Position numbers and translations under genes: made by a program | The notes under the pieces: model-generated | Databases searched by the model: none | Seen by the model: the letters and a program-made list of their open reading frames with translations, nothing else | What the model was told of the DNA's origin: nothing | In this document: piece by piece, positions 13,114-23,621 of the stretch | Layout: the number at the start of each line of letters is the position of its first letter | Position numbering within the stretch: position 1 is the first letter of the stretch | Origin: Phaeosaccion multiseriatum | Taxonomy: Eukaryota > Protista > Ochrophyta, other classes | Reading direction: 5' to 3' | Assembly: GCA_965112735.1 (NCBI GenBank) | Contig: OZ218950.1 | Location: 6,200,001-6,264,000, forward strand | Length of the DNA stretch: 64,000 nucleotides

Positions 13114-15013
13114 TCAAATTGGCTCATGACTGAAGGGTTGTGGAGGCAACGCAAGAGACTCCCCCTGGGGCGAGTTCATGATGGTGATGGCCTTGTTGAG
13201 ATCGTCTAGCGCGTTGTGGTCCTCCTTCGTCGTCGTCTCCTCCTTCTCCCGGGCTGCGACCGCTTGTTCCGCACCCCTGGCCTCGAGGTATGCCTTGCTC
13301 TCACGGAACTTGGCGAGGAAGTTGCCTTGCAGCATGTGCCGCACCTCCAGGACGGAGGGGTGGAACACCCTGGCCCGAGCTTCCGTCTGCCAGGCCAGGC
13401 CAGTGGAGCGGCAGTGAAGCGACAGTGGAGCGACAGGGGGGCGGGTGGTGCGAGGCGACCGAGGCGAGAGGGACGCGTTAGAAGAAAATGAGAAGGAAGG
13501 ATCGAGGCGGTGGAGTAGGCATGCCTGGTGGGTAGTCAAGCCAGCAGGGGCAGCGGGGGACAGGCAAGCAGCAACAGCACCAGCAGAGCACGGGGAACGC
13601 ACCTGATCGGCGCTCATGAAGACGTCCCTGTCCATGAGGCGCAGCCCCTGCGTGCGCATCTTGGTGTCGATGTTCACCTCCATGTCCGAGAACTGCTCAA
13701 TGTACGTGCGGCAGATGGAGGTGTAGCACTCGTAGACCTGCTCAAGCAGCGGAGCAGGAGGGCCCTCCTCGCTCCCACCGGCCCCTCCTTCGCCCCCTTG
13801 CTGCGCGGCTTGCGGTGACGCCCGTCCTTCTTCTTCTTCTTCTCGACCCCCATCCTCCACCCTCTGCTGCTCGCGGCGCACGAGAGCGTCGTACCCCTCC
13901 ACTGCCCGAAGGAAGTCGTAACTCTCGAGGCAGAGCGCCCGGCGAATGAAGTCGTAGAACAGCTTGTCCAAGACCGGATGGGCCATGATCTCGGCCACCT
14001 CCGCACCAATCCCGTCCCCCGCGCTGTGCGATGTATCTGTCAAAGATGAAAGCGGCACCACATGTCGTCCTGACTTTCTGTTCAGAGCGCGGAAGCTTCG
14101 CTCTGTTTTGACTTTCAAGTAGGCCCTCCTGGCTATGGGGTCGTGCACCCACCGGAGGTCTCCCCACCAATACAGCATAGCAAGTGAAGCAACAGCGCTG
14201 AATGAAGCGATCACGAGGTTCAGCGCCGTCGACACCTTCCATGCGTCCGTGGTCTCCCGCACCACGAGGACGAAGAAGTAGATGACAGCATGGACTGAGA
14301 AGATCATGACCATGCAGGCGATCTCCTCACCGACGTGCAGGAGGTCGTTGGTCTGGACAATCCGTCTGCTCCAATACCCTGCGAAACAGTCCAGTATAGC
14401 GAGCGGACCGATCTGTACTTGCCAAGGCTGCAGCGCGTAGCAGTAGTAGTCGCTCCCGGACTGGAAGGGTCTGAACCACGCCACCAACGAAGCCATCACC
14501 ATACTCTGCACGATGCCGCCCGCTACCAGTTTCCATGCCCAGAAAGGCGCCAGAATGAAGGCATACTTCTTACGGGTCTCCTGTTCTGCCATCGCTATCA
14601 TCATCTTCAGAGCTCGCATTAAAGTGGGGACACCTGGACTCGAGAGGTGGCAGTGGCAGGACAAGAAGGAGTTAGATCGGCCGTGTGTGAGGAGACGTGG
14701 ACACAATGTAAACCAGGCACAACCAGCTGTAACAAGCCTCAATGAGTCACTTACCACCCACCGCAAGCCCCAAAAAGGATGAGAATATGATGAAGTCACA
14801 CGAGAAGGGGGGGCCATCCACCCTGCAGATGTACTCGGCACTGAGGACGAACGCATAAGCCGATTGTCCCGCGACGGTGCATAGGAGAAGGCCAGGGTAG
14901 CGAGCCCTGATGATGGGGCAGTTCCTTCTCTGCCAAAGCTGCCGACTCTTCCGAAAGACGGCGCTCAAGAGGGCCGCAGTTAGCACCAGGAGCGCGACGC
15001 TCGCGGCGTGTAT
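13114..15013 (-). CDS. 7TM-RGS copy 3 (coding body intact; start codon uncertain)
   Basis: Same three-exon structure with no internal stop seen. The ATG used by copies 1 and 2 is ATA here (15013-15011). An upstream ATG at 15101 is one base out of frame across G7/A7 homopolymers. Confidence 0.7.
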
Positions 15014-15868
15014 CCTTCGGTCCGGTCTCTTCCTTGGGCCGCTAGTAATGCGTTGGTGGAGACGCCCTACTGTTTCTGCTTTTTTTATATTTCCCCCCCA
15101 TCAACAACGTGGATTACGGCATGTCCTGGCTCCTGTGATGTGACTACTCTCCCTCTCCCTCTCCCTCTCCCTCTCTCTCTCACCTTCCTCTGCTTTTTCT
15201 TTCTCTAAACCTTTCAAGCTCTCTCTATTTCTCCCTCTTATAAGATTTTTTATTCGCTACAAGTACTCGTAACGAAACTGCCGCCGGATAAGGCTTTACG
15301 TCTGTACGTAACTGCCCCCCCATTCTCCCCCCCTTCTGGACGCATTGTACTGTACTCCACTCTTCTCTGCAGAGCAGTACACTGCCCTCCACTCTCGCAG
15401 GCGGAGAGCGCTTCGTGGGGAGCACAGGAGCGACCCGACTCATGACACCTGACACCTGACACCTGACACCTGACACCCAATACCTCGCACCCAGCCAGCC
15501 AGCCAACCGGGCGGAGGGAGTCAAGAGCCCCCCGTCGTGAGCAGAACGCGACTGCACGCAGGCCGTCCCGTGCCTTCCTCCCGCATATCGAGAGAGTCTC
15601 TCTGCCCTTGCGTGGGACTTGCGCCAGCCAAGACCTGCTTACCCGCTCCGCTCCTGCAACCAGCCAAGCAGTACACCACGACTTGCCTCCCCCCGTCGAC
15701 CCTCTCCTCCCTCCCCCCTATATATAATTCATATATAATTCATAAGTTACATGTTAGGTACTACGAAGTATGTGTTATATATACAAGCCCCTTCGCCCTC
15801 GAAGCCCCTAGTCACCAGTTGGAAGTCGGCCGCTAGCTATCGCGGTCGTCCTCAGTTTACCCAAGGAG

Positions 15869-15884
15869 TCGGCCCCTGACATGA
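15869..15884. mobile_element. 16-bp remnant/footprint of a TCG..CGA element
   Basis: AAGGAG-TCGGCCCCTGACATGA-AAGGAG at the site homologous to the copy B insertion. Confidence 0.75.
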
Positions 15885-16139
15885 AAGGAGTGGCGGGCAT
15901 CCTCGCCTGGCTGTGCCTGCGGCTTCTCTGGCTTGGACACGAGCAGCGCGATGACGTCGGGGTTGAGATCAGGGGATGCCATGGCACTGGTGATCACTGC
16001 CTGCCACGTCCTCCACCGTCGACAAATCCAATTTACATTGTTCTAACTGAGGAGCTCCAGCACTAGCACCGGAGGGAGGGAACAAGAGCCATGACGCCAG
16101 GAGGGTAGGTAGGTACGGTACCCTCGTCACTACCCTCAC

Positions 16140-16373
16140 TCGGCCCTCGACTTGATCGGCCCCCGACGCGCTTTTGAGCTTTCGCTATTGCCGGCGTTAG
16201 CCGGCACGCTATCAGCTTTCCCGCCCTCCTTTGCTAGTTGCTAGTGGACTATTGTGGCGGGCGGCGGAGGGGCGGGGGGGTGGGTGGCGCTAGCAACCAG
16301 CACGCTATCAGCTACTGATGCGTGCCAATAGCGTAGCTATCGGCTATAAGAGGGTAAGGAGTCGAGTGTCTGA
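16140..16373. mobile_element. Degenerate TCG..CGA-family relic
   Basis: Starts TCGGCCCTCGACT. Contains GCTATTGCCGGCGTTAGCCGGCACGCTATC, similar to the 6361 MITE repeat. Ends AGTCGAGTGTCTGA. No matching TSD. Confidence 0.4.
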
Positions 16374-16391
16374 CGTGAAGAAACTCTTCGG

Positions 16392-18229
16392 GCGGCTCCA
16401 GACTGGCCTGGAAGCCTAGGCCTAGAGACGAAATTCGGCCGGCCTAGGGGGGCCGCAGGCCCCCGGCCTAGGCCTAGAGGGGGCCGCAGGTCCCCGGCCT
16501 AGGCCTAATTTTGGCGCAGCCCCCCCGGCCTAGGCCTATCGACCCTGGACAAGATTACGGTGTGCGCCGGCCGTAACCAGTAGTAATCAGCCCCCCCCGA
16601 AAATTAGGTCGGCTGGTCACCGACTGTAAGCAACCAGACCGGCTGGCGCCGGTCATAATCAGTAATCCGGCCGGCTGCGCCGGCCGTAATCAGAATCAGA
16701 TGATCTTGTCCAGGGTCGACTCCCTGCCTCCCTCCCTCCCTCCCTCCCTCCCTCCCTCCCTCCCTCTCTCCCTCCTTCCCTCCCTCCCTCCCTCCCTCCC
16801 TCCCTCCCTCCCTCCCTCCCTCCCTCCCTCCCTCCCTCCCTCCCTCCCTCCCTCCCTCCCTCCCTCCCTCCCTCCCTCCCTCCCTCCCTCCCTCCCTCCC
16901 TCCCTCCCTCCCTCCCTCCCTCCCTCCCTCCCTCCCTCCCTCCCTCCCTCCCTCCCTCCCTCCCTCCCTCCCTCCCTCCCTCCCTCCCTCCCTCCCTCCC
17001 TCCCTCCCTCCCTCCCTCCCTCCCTCCCTCCCTCCCTCCCTCCCTCCCTCCCTCCCTCCCTCCCTCCCTCCCTCCCTCCCTCCCTCCCTCCCTCCCTCCC
17101 TCCCTCCCTCCCTCCCTCCCTCCCTCCCTCCCTCCCTCCCTCCCTCCCTCCCTCCCTCCCTCCCTCCCTCCCTCCCTCCCTCCCTCCCTCCCTCCCTCCC
17201 TCCCTCCCTCCCTCCCTCCCTCCCTCCCTCCCTCCCTCCCTCCCTCCCTCCCTCCCTCCCTCCCTCCCTCCCTCCCTCCCTCCCTCCCTCCCTCCCTCCC
17301 TCCCTCCCTCCCTCCCTCCCTCCCTCCCTCCCTCCCTCCCTCCCTCCCTCCCTCCCTCCCTCCCTCCCTCCCTCCCTCCCTCCCTCCCTCCCTCCCTCCC
17401 TCCCTCCCTCCCTCCCTCCCTCCCTCCCTCCCTCCCTCCCTCCCTCCCTCCCTCCCTCCCTCCCTCCCTCCCTCCCTCCCTCCCTCCCTCCCTCCCTCCC
17501 TCCCTCCCTCCCTCCCTCCCTCCCTCCCTCCCTCCCTCCCTCCCTCCCTCCCTCCCTCCCTCCCTCCCTCCCTCCCTCCCTCCCTCCCTCCCTCCCTCCC
17601 TCCCTCCCTCCCTCCCTCCCTCCCTCCCTCCCTCCCTCCCTCCCTCCCTCCCTCCCTCCCTCCCTCCCTCCCTCCCTCCCTCCCTCCCTCCCTCCCTCCC
17701 TCCCTCCCTCCCTCCCTCCCTCCCTCCCTCCCTCCCTCCCTCCCTCCCTCCCTCCCTCCCTCCCTCCCTCCCTCCCTCCCTCCCTCCCTCCCTCCCTCCC
17801 TCCCTCCCTCCCTCCCTCCCTCCCTCCCTCCCTCCCTCCCTCCCTCCCTCCCTCCCTCCCTCCCTCCCTCCCTCCCTCCCTCCCTCCCTCCCTCCCTCCC
17901 TCCCTCCCTCCCTCCCTCCCTCCCTCCCTCCCTCCCTCCCTCCCTCCCTCCCTCCCTCCCTCCCTCCCTTCGACCCTGGACAAGATTACGGTGTGCGCCG
18001 GCCTTAATCAGTAATCAGCCTCCGGCTGACGCATAATCAGTACTCAGGCCGGCTGCGCCGGCCGTAATTACTAATCAGATAGGTCGAGGCCTAGGCCTAG
18101 AACCGCCGGCCTAGGGAGAAAAAATTGCCGGCCTAGAGCGGCCAACGGCCGCCGGCCTAGGCCTAGAGCGGGCGTAGGCCGCTCGGCCTAGGGCCTAGAG
18201 CATAGGCTTGTAGGCCAGTCTGGAGCCGA
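16392..18229 (+). mobile_element. Composite MITE copy C (1250-bp (CCCT)n tract)
   Basis: TIR (G)CGGCTCCAGACTGGCCT / AGGCCAGTCTGGAGCCGA. TSD CTTCGG at 16386-16391 and 18230-18235. Inner units at 16539-16719 and 17970-18087. Confidence 0.9.
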
Positions 18230-18562
18230 CTTCGGAAATCCGGACCATAGATTGCACGGTAGCCAAGCCATTTGTGAATTCGCATTTTTTTTTGTCGTTG
18301 ATGTGTTTGTCCGGAGGAAGGTAAATTGTAAATACCACAATACGAACCATTGTAACGTGTTGATGTACCGGACGAGCATTCAGGCGAAGGTGCACGCCCA
18401 CGAAAATCCCGTTCAATCCCCTTATTCGCCGAGAGCCCGTTCTAGACAAGAGAGGAGAGACTGAATGAGACGCCACATCCGTGGCTTGCATGGACAGCTC
18501 GATGAGCCGCCGCAACCAACCGTGGTAGACGTACAGTAAGAGTAGCGTAGTCGCGTAGCAGA

Positions 18563-18594
<32 letters not shown>

Positions 18595-18804
18595 AAGCGG
18601 GAATGTGCTGCCTCAACTTCCTAACGTCTGCAGCGGTACGATAAAGCGAAATAATCTCAGCGAGGTCTTGGCCAAGCAAGAGAAGGGTGAGCAAAGGGGG
18701 GGCAAATCAGCCCCTCCCGCAGAGGCAGCAAAGGAGCACAGGGTGTAGCTGTTAGCTGTGGGGCTCCGTATCTCGGCGATCGGGAGATACGGCGAAGACA
18801 CGCG

Positions 18805-19314
18805 ATGCTTCACTTCCAGGAATTGATGCTGGCAGGGCTGGCATGTCTGCTGGGCCTTCTGACACTGACTGGTGCTAACCCGGAGTGCCAGGAAGGAGGG
18901 GCGTGGTACTTCGGAGGAGAGAATAGGAACGACATGCTGCAGTGGCTTTGGATGACAAAAGGTGAATCACACCTCCAGATTATACCCCCCCCCTCGTGAT
19001 AAACTTTCCTACTGCCCACTGCGCCTCTCACTACATATCCGCCCATGGTATCGCAGAGGAAAGCCCCCTCTCCCCCAAACGCTACCCCCTCCGGACTGAC
19101 ATGGCACGCCCCCCTTTGCTCTCCCCCCCTCAACGATGTGGGTGCACCTGTTGATGACTCACAGACTACTTTGATGGATACCCGCGGTGGTATGTAAAGG
19201 CCCAGCTGAGCTACGACACGCTCTTCCAGGAGAATCCCTATATTGATGAAATCGTTTTTGAGAGGCTCGACCCTGACTCTGGTGCCTGGGTGATGATGGT
19301 CTCATGGTAAGAAA

Positions 19315-19364
<50 letters not shown>

Positions 19365-19422
19365 GAGGGGCCCAGAGACAGGGGGGATGGGAGGGGGGGA
19401 GGGCAAGCGAGAGAGTAACACA

Positions 19423-19464
<42 letters not shown>

Positions 19465-22400
19465 AACACATGGGGTGAGGGTGCGCTGAGAGGCTTGAAG
19501 ATCTGATGCAACTGACACCGTTTGCTACGTACATGTGCTGCTCGTGGGGACTGCGAAGAACTGGAGAAATGCACTCCCCCCCACCCCACCCCACCCCTTT
19601 CCATCCACGCGACAATCCCTGTCTATTTGACCGACCCGACCCCCCACCCCTTCGCAGCCGCCAATGCCACTCCACAATCAACGCTCGTGCTGCATATGAG
19701 CGAACTGTTGACCCTTATCCCCGCAATGAGGAACGAGCGCTATTCCATGTTTCCTCTCCCTGGCCAGCGCGGGCCACGCACACACACAGACACACACACC
19801 GCTCCGTTCATTCTCCTTTCGGAACCCCATCCTCTTATAACCCCTTCCTCTCTCCCTCCCACCCTCTCACCCTCCCACCCCGCAGGGACAACGGTTACAT
19901 TAGCGGCGCCACCCCCCCTGTTTACACGGCAAGGACCCTCCCCGAGGAGGCTGGCGACGACCCGGATGATGAGACGGTCAACACGCAAATCACCGTCCGT
20001 ATTCGCCTCGTCAAGACCGATGAAGCGTGCCCTATGGCAGTGTCATCGGTACGTGCGTGCGTGCGTGTGTGCGTGCGTGCGTGTGTGCGTGCGTGCCTGC
20101 GTGCGAGTGGCGCTCTCCACCTGTGGAGTTTGCCCTCCCCCCGTCCCCGCACCCCATCCCATCCCATATGCCCTGCTCACCTTACGCACTACCGCCCCAC
20201 TTCTACCTCTCCTCCCATGGTTTGTCACTCTCTACCCTCATCACTCCATCCTCTCTCTCGCCTCTCTTTCCGCACCCACCATCGTCCTTACTGCTCCCTT
20301 CCGCGTTGACTGGCTGACTGACCGACTGACTCACTTGACTCACTCACTCACTCACTCACCCACCCACCCACTCCAATAGCTTGACTGACTGACTCCCCGT
20401 CCCATCCACTGCCATCCCATCCCGCTCCATATTTTCCTCAGAGCGTGACACTGGGTCACTTCGACTTTGTGTGGGGCGAGGTCTTCCAATTTGTGTCCGA
20501 AGGTTGGATGGCGCCCTCAGACACGCCCGCGTGGCTAAACGACCAATCTTTGGACGGAGTGCCTTGTGAGGCGACATGGTACGCAGGGGCAACTGCGTTG
20601 GACCCTGTCCAGTGGGTGGGCTCCCTGGTGGCGACAAAGCAGTGCGACTGCAGGTGGCGCATTGAGATGATCTTAAACAACGATATCATGACCAACAACC
20701 CCTACCTCGGTACGTGTGTGTGCATGTGCGTGTGTGCTTGTGTGGTTGTTGTGTGTGTATGATAATCCCCCTCTCTTTTCTCTTCTGCCTTAACCTATTC
20801 TATCCCTCCCCTCCCTCTCCTCCATCCCATTCCGGCCCACCCCATCCACTGCCATCCACTGCCATCCCACCCCCTCAGACTTTATGAGTATGCGACTCCC
20901 CCACCCTGCGGGCGGCGAGAGGATCGCTCTGTCACTGGCGTACCCAGGCAACCCCGTCCGGACCTGGTTCACGCAGCAGTTCAGTTGCGAGCTAGAGTCG
21001 ATCCAGGGGGCATTGCTCATCTTCTTTGACGAGTACAACTCCGTTGCAGGGCAAGTCACAGGCATTGGCCCCGATGCATCCACGTGTCAAGCCTTCCCCA
21101 CCTCCTGGGGCTCCTTTTGCATGGAGAATGGTGTGGTGTACACCGGAGCAGATGTGTCGGCTGGGGTGCTGCAAGGCGTGTGCGCGGAGGGGCTTGTGGA
21201 CAATAGGCTGGCGGCAGGGTGAGTGGAGGGAGGGAGGGAGGGAGGGAGGGAGTCAGTGAGAGAGAGAGAGAGAGAGTGATTGAGTGAGTGAGTGAGTGAG
21301 TGAGTGGCTGAGGGAGGGAGGGAGTGACGGTCTTGTCTCTGACCAGTACGAACAAGTCTCCCTACATGGTGTGGCAACGCCGTCGCCAACAACACCCGGG
21401 TCCTCCTCATCCTAAGGATAAACTGAAACTCATCCTAACGCCATCGCCCTCCCGTTTCTTCTTGTCCTGCCTCCCCTCCCCTCCGTTTCCTCCCCCTCGC
21501 TTTCGCTTTCGCTGCCCCCCCCCCCCCCCTGCCTCTTCCTCTGCCTCTCCCTCCCCCCCGAAAGCACATACGTGGGTGGAGAAAACTGCTTCGACTCTCC
21601 ATCGCCGGCGCCAGTGGCAACCGTTACTCCTACGGTCCCCGCCCCCACAGCCGCTCCCACAGCAGCACTCACAGCATCGCCCACAGCAGCACCCACAGCA
21701 TCGCCCACAGCAGCACCCACAGCAGCAGTGATCACTGCCGCTCCTACAGCCATGCCCACAGCAGAGCCCACCGCTCTTCCTACGCAAGTGCCAACCACCC
21801 CTCCCACTTCCCCTCCCACTTCTCCTCCCACTTCCCCTCCCACTTCCCCTCCCACTTCCCCTCCCACTTCTCCTCCCACTTCCCCTCCCACTTCCCCTCC
21901 CACTTCTCCTCCCACTTCTCCTCCCACTTCCCCTCCCACTTCCCCTCCCACTTCCCCTCCCACTTCCCCTCCCACCCCGGTGGCCACTGCCCTCCCCACA
22001 CTAGCACCAGTGGCCACTGTCCCTCCAACACTCGCGCCTGTTGCCGTGACGGTTACAGCTGCTCCCGTCGCAGTAACGGCTCCTCCGACCGCCCCTCAGA
22101 CGGCGGCTCCGATGACCCCTCCCACGTCCGCTCCGACGGCCCCGCCGGTGACTGTGGAGGTGGAGGTGGAGGTGTCAACAGCAAGTCCAGCAGCGCCAGC
22201 AAACAACAACAATAACGCTGCAACGGATCCGACTTTGGTGAGTGGGTGCTGCCGCATCCCTTGCAAGCGAGCGATGGATCGGATCGGATCGGAGGGAAGG
22301 AGGGAGGGAGGGGAGGGAAGGAGGGAGGGAGGGGAGGGAGGGAGGGAGGGGAGGGAGGGAGGCAGGGAGGGAGGGGAGGGAGGGAGGCAGGGGGAGAGGG

Positions 22401-22912
22401 GAGGGTGCGGCAAGAGGAGGCTCGGAAGCACTCCTCCCTTTTTGTAATGTTGTAGACAACTTGCTCGGCCTGGAACTCCCCCCCCACTCACCCCCTCCCC
22501 TATCTCTCTTGGCCTTTCTCTCTCCGTTCGTCCCGCCCCCCCCCCCCCCCAACCCATACGACCTGTCTGTCCGCCTGCCTGCCTGTTTGTCTGTCTGTTC
22601 TGTCTGTCTGTCTGCCTGCCTGCTAATACGCCTGTCCATGTATGTGTGTAAACCGTCATGCCCATATGCCTGCCCAGGCCTCTACACAGCCCCCCTTGGC
22701 CACAACGGCGCCTCCGACGGCGACCTCGACTGAGGTACGTACGTGTGACATTACGTAACTTTCTGTAGGCTCGCTCTCTCTGCCTCTCCCTCTCTACTTC
22801 TTTACCTCTTTCTCTCTCTCTCTCTCTTCTCTCTCTGTCTCTCTCTCCCTCTCTCTCTTCTCTCTCTCTCTCTCTCTTCTCTCTCTGTCTGTCTCTCTCT
22901 CTCTCTCTCTAT

Positions 22913-22946
<34 letters not shown>

Positions 22947-23621
22947 TATCTCTGTCTCTCTCTCTACCTCTCTGGCTCTATCTTTCTGTCCCTGAACAAC
23001 CAAACATAACCCCGACCCCTCCCCCCCCCCCACACACACACGCACACACGCACACGCACACACACACACGCACAGGCCCCCGCCACGCCAACACCGTCGC
23101 CAACAGCCGTATCACCAACAGGGGAAGGTAGCACGCCAACAGGGGAAGTGTCGCCCTCCCCTGCCCCGACCTCTCTCCGGGCCTCCCCTACACCCACTCC
23201 CACCCAGCAGCCCCTGGCGATAGCAGAAGGAGGAGGAGAAGAAGGAGGAGGAGGAGGAGAAGTGGTCCCGCCCACCCCGGCCATCTCTATAGAGAGTGAT
23301 GAAACAGATCCAGACCAAGGGAGTGACAAGACCACAATCCTGGGCGTGGCAGCAGATACAGGCACCATTACAGGCATCTCCGTCGGGACCATCGCTCTGC
23401 TGGTCGGAGTCATACTTGGCGTTCAGTCAGTGCGTGCCAAGGCCAAGGCGAGGAAGCAGGTCGACCCCGCGGGTGGTGAGGGTGGGAGTGACATACATGT
23501 GGTACCCGGCCAGGCATCCCCAGGGACAGTACGTGTGGAGCCCAGTTCCTTGCCCGTGCGGCAGGGGGGGGTTCCCGGGGTGGCGAGGGCTGAGCGGCAG
23601 AAGGAGCCGCAGGGGCGCTAA
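18805..23621 (+). CDS. Type-I membrane/surface protein: signal peptide, Cys/Trp-containing ectodomain, TAAP/TSPP stalk, single TM
   Basis: N-terminal LMLAGLACLLGLLTLTGA signal. Approximate exons 18805-18961, 19165-19306, 19886-20048, 20442-20709, 20879-21218, 21565-22237, 22679-22734, 23076-23621. (TSPP)n at ~21800-21975. TM ISVGTIALLVGVILGV followed by basic RAKAKARK. Confidence 0.75.

Noticed and set aside
13114-14856. 580-aa single-exon ORF
   Set aside because: It reads through two GT-AG introns whose sites are conserved in the other copies; the spliced model fits better.
9925-18007. Long ORFs of GGRE/PPSL repeats (up to 459 aa)
   Set aside because: Stop-free translations of (GGGA)n tracts inside the MITEs; no sign of a real protein or transposase.
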